Shown piece by piece: positions 24,987 to 39,419 of a DNA stretch of 64,000 nt; positions within the stretch are counted from its first letter, which is position 1; each line of letters starts with the position of its first letter. The position numbers and the translations under genes are program-made. Origin of the DNA: Takakia lepidozioides (Eukaryota; Plantae; Bryophyta); the NCBI GenBank assembly GCA_030704615.1, contig CM060732.1, forward strand, positions 73,904,001-73,968,000, in the 5' to 3' direction. The notes below the pieces were generated by a model. The model saw only the letters and a list, made by a program, of their open reading frames with translations. It had not been told where the DNA came from and made no database searches.

Positions 24987-25819
24987 ACTGGGTGTAACCA
25001 AGGCAACATGTGAGGGTTAAGTAGTCGGTTGATCCAATATCCTTTTTCTTAAAAACAAAGCTCAAGGAGCTGACGTTGCCTGAACTCAGCAAAAAGTATT
25101 GTCAAATCGCACGCCCACATTAAGTTATTATTTTGTTCATATTTTTTTTCACATAAAATATATTTCCAATCAAAATGAACATTGTTCTCAAAAATAGTAC
25201 TGACCCTAGTAAATTTGGAATGCAACAAGTCTCCAAGAAGCTGTGAGTAGCTTATGGCTAGGTGTTGGCAGTGTAGGTGGCGAAGTATTTAGTTCAACTC
25301 TTAATGGATGTTTCGTGTACCCTGGCTAATGTAACCCTGGATTTGGGGTGAAACCTGTGTCACATTGTTTCTTGTGTGACTCCTCTCTATACAATTTATA
25401 TTTAATAAAAATTCGAGACCAATTGTAAGTTACATAGGAATTACACTCCTCTCCGTGCTATGACCAATGTAATCCCAGTAGAGTTACACTCTCTGTCCTG
25501 TAACCCAGTGTAGCCCCATAGAGTTTACTCTCCTATGTAATCCAGTGGCAATAGAATTATACCCCCTTAAGTTCCATGTCACTCTCGAGATGGCTGCGGA
25601 AGATTTGACATGCCGGAAACCGGCGTACTATCCTGTGAGAAATCACACTTATGCATCAAGTTCTTACATGGCTTCTAGTGTTCTCTAATTTTCTTTAAAA
25701 TCGGTGTAGAGCCATATGGCATCGTAATGAAATACAATCAAGTGCTCAGAGATGTAATTTCGAGCAGAAAATTCAACATTGAATACAAATAGTGCTACAT
25801 AATGAAAATATACTCTCTA

Positions 25820-26210
25820 CTTCACGCTCCATGCTGGAACCATGAAGTGGAATGCCCTCTGGCCGATTGGTTTGACTGGAAGACAATGGCCCCTGGTCTG
25901 GAAAGAGGTTTGGAGGCAGGACCGTGCTGCTAAAGTCTGTGCTTTCCTAGGGAAGATCACTAACAGAATCCTTCCTGTTGCTGCTCTATCACCCCAGAGT
26001 CCCCCTCATGCTTGCTTTGTCTTCTATCTGCTGAGGAATCAATTGAGCATTGCCTTCTCTTTTGCCCTCGGACGGTTCATGTTTGGGGGCTTGTCATTAC
26101 TTTCTAATCTAGATGGGCCTCTCTCCGCTTGTTCAGTTGTGAACTCCTTTTGCTTAAATGGAGGCAAGATCTGGTCTTCCTGCCCTACATGGCGCTGTCT
26201 TAGAGAAGAA
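25820..26210 (+). mobile_element. L1-type LINE 3' ORF2 remnant (zf-RVT region)
   Basis: WKEVW...KVCAFLGKITNRILPV followed by a frameshifted C..C...ESIEHCL; resembles 40880-41200. Confidence 0.6.
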
Positions 26211-26486
26211 TCTTTGCATGCCCAAGAAGGTAAATTATCCACTCGTAAACCACTGCCAAAAAAATTTGTTTGTATTTATGGTGCCGTTAAAAAGCAGAAT
26301 TCATGGGGGTGCATTCCACATGGCAGAATGCACCCCATCAGCTCCCTCGGGTGCATTCCGAAATGCAGAATGCACCGGCACGGAAATATTTTTCAAATTT
26401 TGTGGCATTTCTTTACGCAGGGTAATGCCCCCTCGTGTGGGGCATTCCCGGATTTTTGGGCCTTCACCTAGGGCTAAGGCCCTCAA

Positions 26487-27280
26487 TGTTAGGCCCTTAA
26501 ATCATGCCTAATTGTGCAACGTTCCGCAAACACAACTACGATTCTTTTCTTTTTCAGGGTCTCATATTGATCTGTCGAATCCCATTCGGTGGATCCAGAT
26601 GACGATCGCCTCGTTCGTCGCGTTCCGTCCTCGCTCGAGTAAAGAGCCGATTTGACCAGTATCCGTATGACCCCAATTATCGAAAATTGTAGAGTCCGCA
26701 TCATGAAGAGATCCCATGAGTCTCAAATCTCTAATCTCTAATTCTAATCTCTCGCTATATTCTCTCATTTCTACTCACTGTACTAATTTAGCTATGGTCC
26801 TATTTGTTTTTGGGCCCTGGAGGGAGCCCCCTAAATACTAACTAAAATACTTATTATATATATATATATAGTAGTAGGCAAGCAGCCTCTTATATAGGCC
26901 TGGAGGGGGTGATGGAGACCTTGAGAAGACCCTGTGAGGCGGTGGTGGGGCCTTCCGGAAGACCCTAGAGACACCTCCACGTGTCCTACCCTACCCCACC
27001 GTTTGACACGTTTTCACTAATTCTAACCCTACAAAACCTCTAATCCTAACCCACCATTGGCCAATGGTGGGCCTATTTTTAACCTTCTATAAATAAAACA
27101 ATCTCTCCCCTCTCTTTTTAGGTGTCCCTACAGCCGAGACCCACCCGTCTACTCAAGAGCCCAGTTAGTCGTGCTAGCTAGTCACTCGCCGATTTTCTTT
27201 GATTGAAACTTGGGTTTACATATTAGCTCAAACAATCGAACTAACTCTCGCCCGGATGGTGCAACAATTTGGCGACTGAT
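26487..27280 (+). mobile_element. Probable LTR plus primer-binding site of a truncated LTR retrotransposon
   Basis: TGTT (26487)...AACA (27266) termini, internal TATAAATA, followed by TGGCGAC; no TSD or internal ORF seen. Confidence 0.45.
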
Positions 27281-27406
27281 TCGAACTTTTGGCCTCCCAC
27301 CATTGGTCTATTCACATCAACAAACTGGATACACCACAGAGAAAAAGGCCATATAACACAACGTATCTTTGTGAGTGTTATGATAGTATCTCTGTCACTA
27401 CACTAA

Positions 27407-27782
27407 GGGCCGCTTTACACTAGGGCCCAAGCCCAATAAAAATTGGGCCCAATCTCTACCACTCTTGGGCTGGTCTTGGGCCAACTTCAACGGTCATGAT
27501 GAAACGATCATGATCAAACAAAGATATTATTTTAATACCAAACTTCTTGGGCCAAAGAGTGGAGAGCTCCACTCCAGGAGGGTTCCTTTTTCTTGGGCTA
27601 GCCCAAGAAGCTGGCGCCACCGTGTTCTCCTTTGCGGTTTCTTTGCATTCTTTGCTATTCTGTTTTGTGAAAATGCTATGCTCTGTTGGGGGGCTAAAAA
27701 CTTGTGCCATGTAGGTGCCATGTAGGCAAACGACCCACTTCCATTTTCTTGGGCTCGGGCCATAGTGTAAAGTCGTTGGGCC
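27407..27782. mobile_element. PIF/Harbinger (Tourist-like) MITE
   Basis: Imperfect TIR gggccgctttacactagggcccaagcccaa / ttgggctcgggccatagtgtaaag...ggcc; TAA on both sides. Confidence 0.7.
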
Positions 27783-28693
27783 TAATTTTCAGGCCTCCGC
27801 CAATGTGCATGTATCATGGACACTCATGTAGTTGTTTATTCAGTGTGCAGGTGCAGAGAAAAGAGCGCTCTACATAAACTGCACCTTCCAGCATTGCCTA
27901 ACTAGCGGCCCTCATCACTAGAGAACATCAATATCAATTGGAGGTAGTGCAAAAATCAAAACCCTGAGTGTAAAGCTAACAAGCTGACCTCAAAACAATC
28001 TCGTAATTTACGAGTGAGGTCATTAGTGACACTACTAGCCACTTATTTGTTTATGGAAGGAAGTGTAACATCCAATAAATGTACAAAGCCTACCTTTGCA
28101 CCCAATGGTAGTCTGAAGAGGATTGAATATCTACCTCCAGATAACTATAACAAAACAACACAAAATGAATCAGGGCAATCCAAGTCTTTTCTCTAAAACA
28201 TGTTATCCTAACCTATCCCCTAGTGACATGCATACAATTACTATCAAGGAATCCGCCCAAGATGGACAGCTAACCACAAATTGCCAGCCACCATTCTACT
28301 TTTCCTGTAAACTTCAACAATGCTTGGAATAAATAATGACTGAGAGCAGTGATTAAAAATGTCACCCCATTCACATATACATTGGGTCTTGTAAACAACT
28401 GCATTTTGGTACACCAACTACCTCATGCACTCCTGTCATGAGAAAGATCTGAGCACATATGACATACTGCATCATATGGGATGAACTTTCTCCAATGCTT
28501 TGTGCGTGTATTTCTACAATTTCTGACAGATAAAGTCTATTTCCTCCTTATTGCCACACACAAACATATGCTGGAAACCACCTTGGTATGCTTTTTATGC
28601 CACTACGACACTGTCTCCACACTGTGTTGGTGTAGAACAAGACCCAAGAATCATAAATCCTGATCCAGCCAACTGAGTATGAACCTCGTGAAC

Positions 28694-31600
28694 TCAGCCA
28701 TGAGTATCCAGGGTAAGTAATGGCAATAGCATTATGCTTGCAAAGACTGCAACTAATAAAGCTGTTAGCCAGAATGGGAACTTGTCCGGTGGGTTGTGTT
28801 TCCGCCCTTTTACCTCTGCCTCCCTTCCACTAACAGATGCAGCTGGTGGCACTACTTGTGGAACCGAAGAAGCTAATGGGGGCAAGTCATCATCCACCTC
28901 CTGGTGACCCTGCTTGGCAGCAGCTTGCTCCTTTGTTCTCTGCCTCTCCAAATGCTTCTCAACATATTCTGGAAACATCTTGCGAAATATGGCACTGCAA
29001 GCCATGGGAAAAGGTCATTCAGTCGTCATTGATCAGTCCACTTTCCATCTGTTCTTGCCTCCACTTGTTCTTTGTTTCAATCAGTTTTATTGCACTTTCA
29101 GAGGATTAAGACTGCATACCTCTGAGACACCAAACCTGCCTATGTTTCTCTGTGCTTGCAGTTGTTGGTTAAATGTTGGCACTGTCGGCCTATTTAGATG
29201 GAAACAGTTGGTGCTTGTATTCAATTCACCATCACCTTCCTCAAACATTGAAAAAGGTCACTGTTGTCAGCACCTCTGCCAACTGAAGTTAACCTGGATA
29301 CCTTTTCCCATGTAAATAGCAGGAGGGAAGGGGGAGAGAGGGAGGACCTACCTCTTACAATTGTAAGCAAGTGAGACCTGAGCCAAGCGTTGCTTCTCCT
29401 CAGCACTGGTCGAGACACTGCCTGTTGTGGGTGTATTGTCCATCTGCACTCAGTGCCCAAACTGTTGTTCTTATATCCCGCCCCCCAATTGAATCCACCA
29501 ATTTAACGTGGAGGGATACAATCAATCATTATCACAGTGACGGTAGGTGTTGCAGCCTATTGAGTGGGTAGGACTTGGGTTCCTCAGTTTACAAGGCGTT
29601 TCAGTCTCAGTTAGGACTCTCAGTAACAGGATCTAGGAAAGAAAGATATGGAGACAAATGAGGGCATTTAACAAACCGGCGAGGGAGAGGAGACAGGGAT
29701 TGGCAAAAACAAAGAAGGGGCTTGGATGAAACACGAGGGACGAGCAGGAGCTGCTGAGGAGGGGCACTGGAGGGTTGCCGGGGAAGGGTTAACAGGTCCC
29801 TGGCACAATACGGCTGAACATGATGTGGTCTCATGGAACACAAGGATGGCAGGATATGCTCAGCCAAGGTGTGGTAGGGAGGCTCTGGAGATCTATAGCA
29901 AATGATATTAGAAGGCCCAACAAAGTCACCTTCACTGGCATTCACTTGGAAGTGCTAGTCCACTCTCCCTACTAATCTACAATGCCGGAATTGCAGGAAG
30001 AAAGACACTGTTGGAAGCAAAGAAGCTGGACTTGCATGAAAGGAGAAAGCAGAAATCTGCAAAGAAGAGAAGCCACCTTTGCACGCAACTTGATCTTTAA
30101 TGGAAATCTAATGGGGTTGGCATCCATCAGTTATGCACCGACACAAGTGGGCCTAACTTTTCGTGTAGGCTATGGGTTTCAGTTAATAAAGCACTAACTA
30201 TTGGCTTATCAAACTGTAAGTGGGGCCCTGCCCTAATCAATGCAGCCTGTATCCAGAATTTGCAGCAAAACACATTGCTAATCAATACACAAAACTCCTC
30301 ACGATTTGACGATGTTCACAGCAAGCTAAAGCAACAGGCCAAGAGACATGAATGTACCATGAAAGAAAGAAGGCCAGTGAGGATGCTGCATTCACACACC
30401 CACAATACACAACTCAGTGGCCCTGCCAACCATACAGATAAGCCAGACCAGCAAACCTGTGAACAACCATCATAGAGTCATTTGCTACAATCCAAGAAAA
30501 TGAAAACCAGATAGCACAGAAACTGGTACCTGGAGACGGACCACATGGGATTCCATGTCTCAGGATGAACTGCCCACCATCACCACCACAAATCAAATTC
30601 CCTTGCTCAGTTTCTCACCAAACACTGTATGATAAGTGGCATGTAGAAACGTGGCATTCCTTATTCTTCATGAACTTCAAATATTTACATTAAAGCACAT
30701 TTGTCGGCCATGACAAGGTTCCAGAATGAATATGGTGGACAGCCTCAAATTTCGTTTCAAATGTTTGTCATTAGAAAGAAGTACAGATTTCTGACTTTCA
30801 TTACCCAACCTGTAAGAAGGAAATTCAACAGATATGCCCTGTCATCCCTTCAAAAGAGTCAAGAAACAGATGCTGTGCAGAAACACACAAAAGGGGGAAA
30901 GAGGGGTAAAAGTGACGTACAATCACTCATGGACATGCAGATCCTCTTGTGAGTTGCAAACCTCCCATTTGGTGTAATCATGCTGCCCCCACCCTCATGC
31001 CTTATCAAAAACAGCCACAGTCTGGATGAATTGGTGCATCTGATTGCTGCCTCCGATTCCTCTCTTACTCCCACCCTCTGATCTCTAAACATAAGCAGCA
31101 TTGCAGGTAACAGGAGAATCACAGTATATGTGTCAAGGCACTGTACCTGATACCAGGAGGCTTGTAGGGGTACTCAGCTGGAAATTTGACCTTGCCGTGG
31201 TACACTCCATCTGCACATTCTCACTTCGTCACCCATTCAACATGCAAGCTGGGAGATGCATCTCTCAAAAGCTGCTAATGAGGATTATTGTCATCTATAC
31301 AATGACCAAAAACTTTCTACTATGAACCTCCCCTGTATATACAACTTAAACACAAATCCTAAGCACCTGCGTGTGTTTGGAAAGAAAAGAGCGGCAGAGC
31401 ACATTTCATTGCCTCCCCTATCACTTAAGAGGTTCACAGCAAGCTTGCGCTAAAATATTTAAGAAATCTGCATCACAACCAACACAAATACAACCACAAC
31501 CAGTCTTGGGCCAGACCTTCGAATGGTGTGCCCTTGCTTCCTTCCAAAACATAATCTGCACACAGCGAGATGATACAAAGGCCTGTGAGAGGACAAGGGC

Positions 31601-33829
31601 CTCCATGGGACCAACACAACACAAGAAAATGTATTGAAACTATCCTTCAGGAGGGCTTTCTGAGGAATGTGAAGTTTTGCGTAATCGTGCTTCTCTCAAT
31701 CATATCTCCCAAAATTTGCTCTAGAGGAGCTTCCACTAGCTGTATAATTCATCTAACTTTTACATATAATTTGGCCCCCATCACATGTATATGCTAGCAG
31801 ATTGTCCTAAGAGCAATGGGGCACATTACTTACGCCACTCCAAGATGTCAGCTGGGGATGGGCGTGCCAATACGTGTGGAACGGGCTCCTATTAACACAA
31901 GGACAAACAAAAAGAAGTCATTCCCAGGTGCTATAGAATTGGTATCTTATGGAAGAGTGTAGCAAGAAGTGTGACTTATCCCTTCATTTTTGGGCTTGGG
32001 CAAAATGGCATAGAGACCTCATCAGAGACTCTACACATGGGGGGGTGCCAGTCTGTCATTGATTTCTGGCCAGAGGAATATACTCCACTTTTCTTTAAGA
32101 TATCCCCTCCATAGTAACGAGTACAGTTAGGGTCATCAAGGCTGAAATACATGTGGTCCTTTGCTAAGGAACCCCATTAGATAGAAGCTATTAAGTACAG
32201 AAAATGAGGGAATGCCAAACCATAACTGCTGTTGAATTTTAAACTACATGTTAAAAAAAAAAAATCTCTTCTCCCCCACCCTCCTGGTTTTTGGTTAAAG
32301 ACCACCAAAGTGTTTCCACCATAGAGGAGTGGTCAATGCAAGCTCGCGAGTAGATGATATTTCTCCATAGAAAACCATACAGGTGGTGGGCAAGATGAGT
32401 TGGAAACTCTTGCCCCTTCAAATCTGGGTTGATAGGGAAAGAGCACTCTTGAAGCAAAGAGAAATGAGGGAGAGAGAGAGGACAAGAGAAAGTAACCTAC
32501 TTTATAACGCCTACCATGGGCCCTGAGGAAGTCGAACGGCAAGGAAGCCACAACACCAAAATGTTGCTGGGCAGAGGAGGGGCAGGAAGGACACGCGTCT
32601 TGTAAGGCTAACCACTTTTGGAACAAAGTTGGGAACTCAACTCATAGACACACTGAGTAATGCGCAAGTTCCTAAATGTTAAAAGGATGGAAAGAAGAAG
32701 TGTCACATATGCTGTAAGATCCAAGGAATCTGGACAGGCAAGCCATCTTTGAAGAAACTAGAATTATAGAAAAATGTCAATGGGGTACTTGTCCAGAAAC
32801 CTAGCAGGATTACAGGAGCAAGCAGAACCTGGGGCACAGACAGCTACATATTTCCATCCAGAGAAGTATGGTCATATGGACACCACCATAACTAAATCCT
32901 CATCATTTTCAGCTCAAAGATTGTCACCAAACCTTCACTGGAAGAGGACTAGCACAACAAAATATCAACTGTGTTGATAGAAGGAAGGTGGCCTCTGTAA
33001 AAAGGTGAATGAAGGAATGAAGGAGAGGGGCTTGCATGTCCCTTCAGATAGTTCCCCATCCTCTCCAAAAATCCCAAGCTCCTGGGAACACTCGTTCAGT
33101 TGTTCACGATATAAAATACCCTGAAGCTACGCCAGCATGTGAAGGCTCAATTATCCATCTTAGGATCTGCGAGAGCACGTGAACAAGCTTTGGTGACTTC
33201 GATATGTCGAGGTTGTAATCAGGTCATGTGCCTCGTTCACAATGGCCACAGCTGTAAGCCGCACACCACTAAACCTCCGCTGGACTTGTCAACGGGATTT
33301 ACCATCTCCCCAAGTGCTCAAATTATGTTTCGGATTTAATGCTAGGGTTCAAACAAGGGTGCATTCGAGCCCCATGACGCATGAGGGCAATTCCATGGAT
33401 GGGGGAAGCTCCGCACGAGCTACAACCTAATACGAAGTTAGACGGAAATATGTGTGATCGAGAGCTATTCAGAAGCGAGTCACATTTATTAGAAGGGCCA
33501 ATTCTTCCCAGCATACAATACCTGTTTCGCACCCGCAGTCACCTAAATTCCGCTCAACAACAAGTTCACACTGCCTTAATGTAGGCAGCTTGCAGACTTC
33601 CTTAATCATTTATCCGCTAACATGTCCTGTTTCTAACTTATGAATCTGAAGTTACACAGCACTCTAGTAGAGGTGAACGTAGTGTGTCAAGTCTTCAAGA
33701 CAAAGGCACTGCGAAAGCCATGGGTGCAAAGCGTTGTAGCAGACAGATGTATCAGGGAAGAGAATAGGATACCTTACACAACGATCTGAATTCCTTTTGA
33801 AGCCGCTGTACGCACGCTCGCTCTGCCAT
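28694..33829 (-). CDS. UBC33: ER-anchored ubiquitin-conjugating enzyme, Ubc6/UBE2J2/UBC33-34 type. Exons: 33829-33773, 31888-31834, 31555-31517, 31210-31147, 30982-30921, 30569-30530, 30385-30358, 29443-29352, 28994-28694
   Basis: MAERACVQRLQKEF, DILEWHYVLEG, FPAEYPYKPP, TPNGRF...[30 protein letters not shown], C-terminal TM helix; all phases consistent. Confidence 0.95.
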
Positions 33830-34167
33830 GATCGTGTGCCTTCCAGGCTTCGCCGTACAGCCCACGCACTCTTCAAAGTGAGACAGCGTAAGGAACACGA
33901 TCTCTCTTAGTAGGCCACAAACGCTTAGCGGAGACTTTAGATCCACAAGACCGAAGAGAGAGGGCGAGAGAGGAGCGCCTGCCGAAGCCGGCCCGAATGA
34001 GAGCCTGGACCCCTTGCGGGTACTTGCCCTGTTCGGAGGTGGGCTCTGCCCGCGGACCCGACTAAACTCCACCAACTACACCACACTACACCACAACTTC
34101 AATTTACAAATGTTCTCGGGTAAAGAGAGTCTAATTGCCGTTATATTTGAAATACAGAGAATGGTCT

Positions 34168-34450
34168 GCCACCTCACCTTACGGCATACAAAATTCAATA
34201 CCGAGAAGGGTCCTAACTAAGAGCCACCTCACCTTACGGCATACAAAATTCAATACCGAGAAGGGTCGTAACTAAGAGCCACCTCACCTTACGGCATACA
34301 AAATTCAATACCGAGAAGGGTCGTAACTAAGAGCCACCTCACCTTACGGCATACAAAATTCAATACCGAGAAGGGTCGTAACTAAGAGCCACCTCACCTT
34401 ACGGCATACAGAATACAATGCGGAGAAAGATAGTAACTAAGAGCCACCTC
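34168..34450. repeat. 55-bp tandem repeat, 5+ copies, upstream of the UBC gene
   Basis: gccacctc starts at 34168, 34223, 34278, 34333, 34388 and 34443. Confidence 0.95.
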
Positions 34451-36880
34451 AACTCACCTCACCGCTGTTGGGTAGGTTACAATAAAATTGTGGGGAAAGT
34501 TTTGCTTTAGGATGTCGAAGTTGATATTACGAACTCGTTCTTGAGCGCTCTCAGTGTTGTAATGTATAGGGGAAGGGCAGTTGACGAGGGCGGTAGGCCG
34601 AGTTCACAAGTTTGAAAACGGTGGAAGGGCCGAGTCAGCTGCCCTACATGCCCCCCCCCCCCGCCCCCCCAAAAAAAATTGTCATCTTATGTATTTCAAA
34701 AGGCCCTGGTGCCTAGGTGTCTTATCATTGCCTTGCGTAAGGTGCATCCTCCTGTTAGGATAAAAACTTGGAGCAGCGGACGAATGGCAAGTGATGGGAA
34801 GTATGAATGATGCATGTTTTTCAAGTTTTTGATTTTTACAGGGGACAAAATTTATTGTCTATAAGAATTGATCGCAACAATAGGTAATTTGATGGTGTGG
34901 TTTTTTTCAATGATTTATACAAACATGTGGGGTTAAGGACGAGTGTTGGTCTGGTAGTGGGTCCAGTCCTAGGTATGAACCCGGGTATTAACTATTGTAT
35001 CGATCTACCCTATTAGTCGGGTCAAGTGTCAACCCGATCATTACCATGCAATGCTCAAGGTTGCCTAGTAACCAATACTAGCTCTGTACCTAGGTCATGT
35101 CGTTCATCACATTGTGATATTAGATCTTAGGTTTGGGGTTTTTGGGGATATGTTTCGCATTTGTATTGGTATTGCAGTGGGATGCTTGAATAATGGATAT
35201 CAATGGTAGAGGGAGATATTTTGGCACTCAAACTGATTTTATGAAGCTTCACTACCACCACTGCCATTGTTGCACTTCATTGTGGACGGCCTCTTCTAAC
35301 TTGCTAGCAAGATATTTTAATCCATTTTATTGGCTATACCATGACTTGGGTTGATACTAAGTGAAACCTGGGCTGATATCACTTAAGATGTATCTATCCA
35401 TCAATGTGTTTCTCATCCCACGTGAATATAGTTATCGAGGATGGCGGTGGTTCATCCATTGAAGCATTGGATCGGGTCGGATCGGGTCGGATCCCAGCCG
35501 TCCATTCGACCGTCGAAGTGGCGGGTGATGACTAGAGGAGAGAGAGAGGTGCCATCCTGACCCTTGGTAGAAAAAACCACCCGTGTTTTTACTCCTTATG
35601 GTAAGTTGGGGGGTGAAAGTTGGTAAGCACGCCTTCTTTAGCAGCCCACAACTCATCTTTGTCACCCCGCAAAGCCGGACTTTTTTTCGATTACTAGCAA
35701 GTAATTCTTAATGATACCATAAATTTCAGCGGCTTAATCTACATATACCGTTGGGGAACTCATGACACTATGGGACCAATCTCTATTTCCAAAGAAATTG
35801 GATTTCTTAGTCCCGATTGACCTATTCAACCATCAATAGATCACAGTGATAAAGGATAATGAGATCAATAGTATGTTTGGGAACAAAATGTGTTACACAT
35901 TGCAATGGAGTAATTTGGATGAACATACACACGACATAAGACACAAGTCACTCTGGTATCGGGTGGTCAAGATATTGTCCTCCTTAATGAAGTTCAACTA
36001 TGTTGAGGTAGGATGTGATACTAGTAGAAGTTTGTACATATATCTCCTCATTGGTATATGGAAGTTAGGTGACGTGTGAATGCTCATGTCTTGAGCATAA
36101 CAATATATTTCATGTATTCTTTGGATATCTAGAGAACATGCTATGACAAAACAAAATCTCTCCATAATGAACTAAAGATTAGATTGATCACTTCATACAT
36201 AACCAAAATGTAGGAGATTAGTACAGTATTGTCAACTTCATGCCCAAATAATTTGATGAGAATCTTGTTCAAGCCAGCCGTTCCTTGTACTCCTCTGTTG
36301 CATCTTCTTTTATATAGATAAGGTTTTTCGTGACTCACTACTGCTGTTGAAATTCGAGTGCGACCATTTGCAGGAGGAGTACAAGAGCAACTACATAACA
36401 TGAATTTAATCACACCAATCGTTTCTTGGAACTTCACTTTTGCATGGCAAGTTAACCGTCAACCCTACTAAGTTTCCCAACGGTGACTGTTCCTTTGTTT
36501 TCCAAAAATAGAAATGAGCAAAATTAGACAAAGGAACAAAAAGTTGGAAGAAGCTCAAGTTTTTTCGGAGACCTCAGAGACAGACTGCTCTCATATAAAC
36601 TTGTTGAACATCTCCTTAAATCCCATTCTAATCTGCGCTTGCTCTCTCTCAGTGGGTGATTCGCAAGCAGCTAGTCATCTCTCACCATTGCAAGACCATT
36701 GCCGAGTGCTAGTGATATCAAAGCTAGCTGGGACATTCGAAATCTTCTCTCAGTGGGCGATTTACAGGCAGTTAGTCATCTCTCCTCCCCACTGCCAAGT
36801 GCTAGTGATCTACTTCTTATCTCAAAGCTAGATCGGACATCAGAAATCTTCTCTTACGTTTGCTTTTGTTTGTTGGAAAA

Positions 36881-37312
36881 ATGAAGTTGTTTTTACCAAT
36901 TGAGGATTTCCTCCTGGCAAATACTTGTCAAGTCATAAACATTAGAGACAACGTGCTGATGTATCATGCAGATGAGAGTCAGCCCTTGTGGGTGGCTCGA
37001 ATAGATGACATATTCAAGGATTCCCTTACTGGAAAAATAAATGTGGCATGTTGTTGGCATTATCGACCAAAAGGTTATCTTGGGCGAGAGGCTCATCATG
37101 GTAGGAACGAGCTGTTGTTGTCAGATCACGTTGATTTGAACAAGGCGGATGCTATCGCCCGCAAGTGTAATGTCTACACCTGGAAGGAATACAAGGACCT
37201 GCATCTGGAGGTTGGCGAAGATGACAAGTTTCTTCAGTCGATACAAAAAAATATGCAATATCACTCTGAATACACAAATGATTCACCACAATTACTTTAC
37301 AATGTGAACTAA
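36881..37312 (+). pseudogene. Isolated intronless BAH domain (EBS/SHL-like) lacking a PHD finger
   Basis: DNVLM...PLWVARID...VACCWHYRP...HHGRNELLLSDHVD...IARKCNVYTWKEY..L.EVGEDD. Confidence 0.7.
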
Positions 37313-39419
37313 AGATTACATCGATTATTTCACACATAACTAGCAATTCTGAATGCTAAGACTACTCAAATGATCTACATCATTAGAACTTGTGAAAGCT
37401 GAGACTACTCATTTGACCTATACCAACAACTCAAGTAATGATACTACTCATCCTAAACCATCTAACAATATGCTAACAGAGTATAGTATATTTATCAGTA
37501 TAGACAGTTATATAGCATTGATATATTGTAGATCTACAACGTCACAGACATTATACATGAAGTAAAGAAGAGTTTGAAAACAGGATACAATGCTTCCAAA
37601 TCTCCCAACTTACTAGTATTACTTCAATTCTTACAACAAGTAAGCTCGAAGTTGGGGATTTAGAACTTAAATGCATTAAAAAAGAGGAAAACCAATAGTG
37701 AAGATGACTATGTTATGCTACGGTCACACCACAAAAAAGAAAATAAAATAGTAGGATGCATATAAAAATCTTAGAAAAGTGGCCAACATCAAGATGCAAA
37801 TCAAAGTTATTGCAGCTCAACATTGCTACATTTTTGTCACTATGAGGTTATTGGAGCCTATACCAGCTATGTCTACAAGAAAAGAATACTTGTGTTGGTA
37901 CATATTGTCGACTTTCTAAAGCAAGAAGCTACAACCAGGTATCTGCCATCACGTAGACTGTGTCACGTCAATTTCCTCCGGCCTTAAATTAAAAGCATAA
38001 CCGTCCGAATTCACAAGCTAAGAGACATGATAGTTACAAGAAAATAGACAAAACTATACAAATCTCTATTGTGAGAACAAAAGCAGTCCAATATTAAGGA
38101 GGTGAAGTACTTTATATATTTCTTAAATCATCACATAGAAGCGACAAGGTCCGCGAACAACTTCAATAGTGTTCTTTTTGCATTTAAAAATTCTCTTACA
38201 TTAAACAAGCCGCAAACCGCGAGAGGCTCTGTCCATTGAAGCAACAATTTTGACAAGATGCCACGTGGTTTATACTCAAGAGTTTTTTTAGACCAATCGT
38301 ATTCTTGACACGGTGTAAGGTCCGTTGACCATATTTTCTCCATTGACTTCAACACGATGCAAAGTCTCTGCCCCTGAAGGGAGAGAGCCAACAAAACACA
38401 TGGAAGTCTAGTTGACCGAGTTAAACTAAAGTTCATGCGCCAAAGAAGTCAATACTCAAGCTCATGTGCCAAAGCTATTTGAGTTTATAGAAAAGTTTTG
38501 AAGGCGATACCTTACTATTGTCATTGCTCATATATCTTTTTCAAAGTTCCTAACCTTATGTTTTTTACTCACTTGATCAATTTTTCCCATTGCGTGTAAG
38601 CATTGCCCACTATTGCGCTTACACGAAATACACCCATTCGAGAACCTCGCCATATTTGGAATTTGAAAAACTAGCTTATCAAAAAGCCCAACCACAAACA
38701 ACCAAATCTTTGCATGGGCTGATCATACTAAAACCCACATTGAAAAGTAGACGCTCTCAAATGTATTAGACCACAAGCTATCTAACCATCTGGGGACCAC
38801 CAAAGCGGCCATGGATGCACATTCAAATAGACCCTTCGTTTTCATTATGCCAAGTATATGGGCAACCAACAAAAAATACATCTTTTGACCCTCCCTCTAT
38901 CCTTCACTCTTTTGTCCCCTTTGCACTAGAATCTCCCTGCCCGAGATACCTGACCATACATGCTCAGCCGATGCATGCACAGAATCCATGGACTGTGCAT
39001 TACTTGACACAACCAAGCTGTATGACACCTCCATGAACTGTAACTACTACAACGCATAAACACAATGGTTTACTTTTATCAATGTGAGTGTGTATAAGGC
39101 TAAGTACACTCCTCACCACACCATCCTATAATGGCTTCTCTCATGCTCACGCTCCACCTCCCTTGCTCATGCCGTGCTCGCTCTACCCCAACATCATTTT
39201 AGTCACAATGACGAGTCTCCTCTTCTCTTACCCCAGTTTATTAGAGATTTTACCATTCATATAGTATAATTCACTTTTGGCCCCAGTGAACAAGCTATTA
39301 TTTAAAGCAAGAAAAAAACCAATCACTAATACTTGCTCTCAAGCACCGAGGTTGGGTGATAATTTATTTTCCTCTCCAGTAGTTATCTATGCAGTTATAT
39401 ATGTGTGCGTGTGTGTGTG

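Noticed and set aside
32250-33130. Possible LINE remnants in UBC introns (also 29600-29950) and in the F2KP intron at 1500-2640
   Set aside because: Too degenerate to assign without a profile search.
34168-34450. CRISPR-like appearance of the 55-bp repeats (and of the 92-bp array at 14.7 kb)
   Set aside because: Units are contiguous with no unique spacers, there are no cas genes, and the context is eukaryotic.
38131-38436. 101-aa minus-strand ORF, possible transposase remnant
   Set aside because: No recognisable motif, splice structure or terminal repeats.
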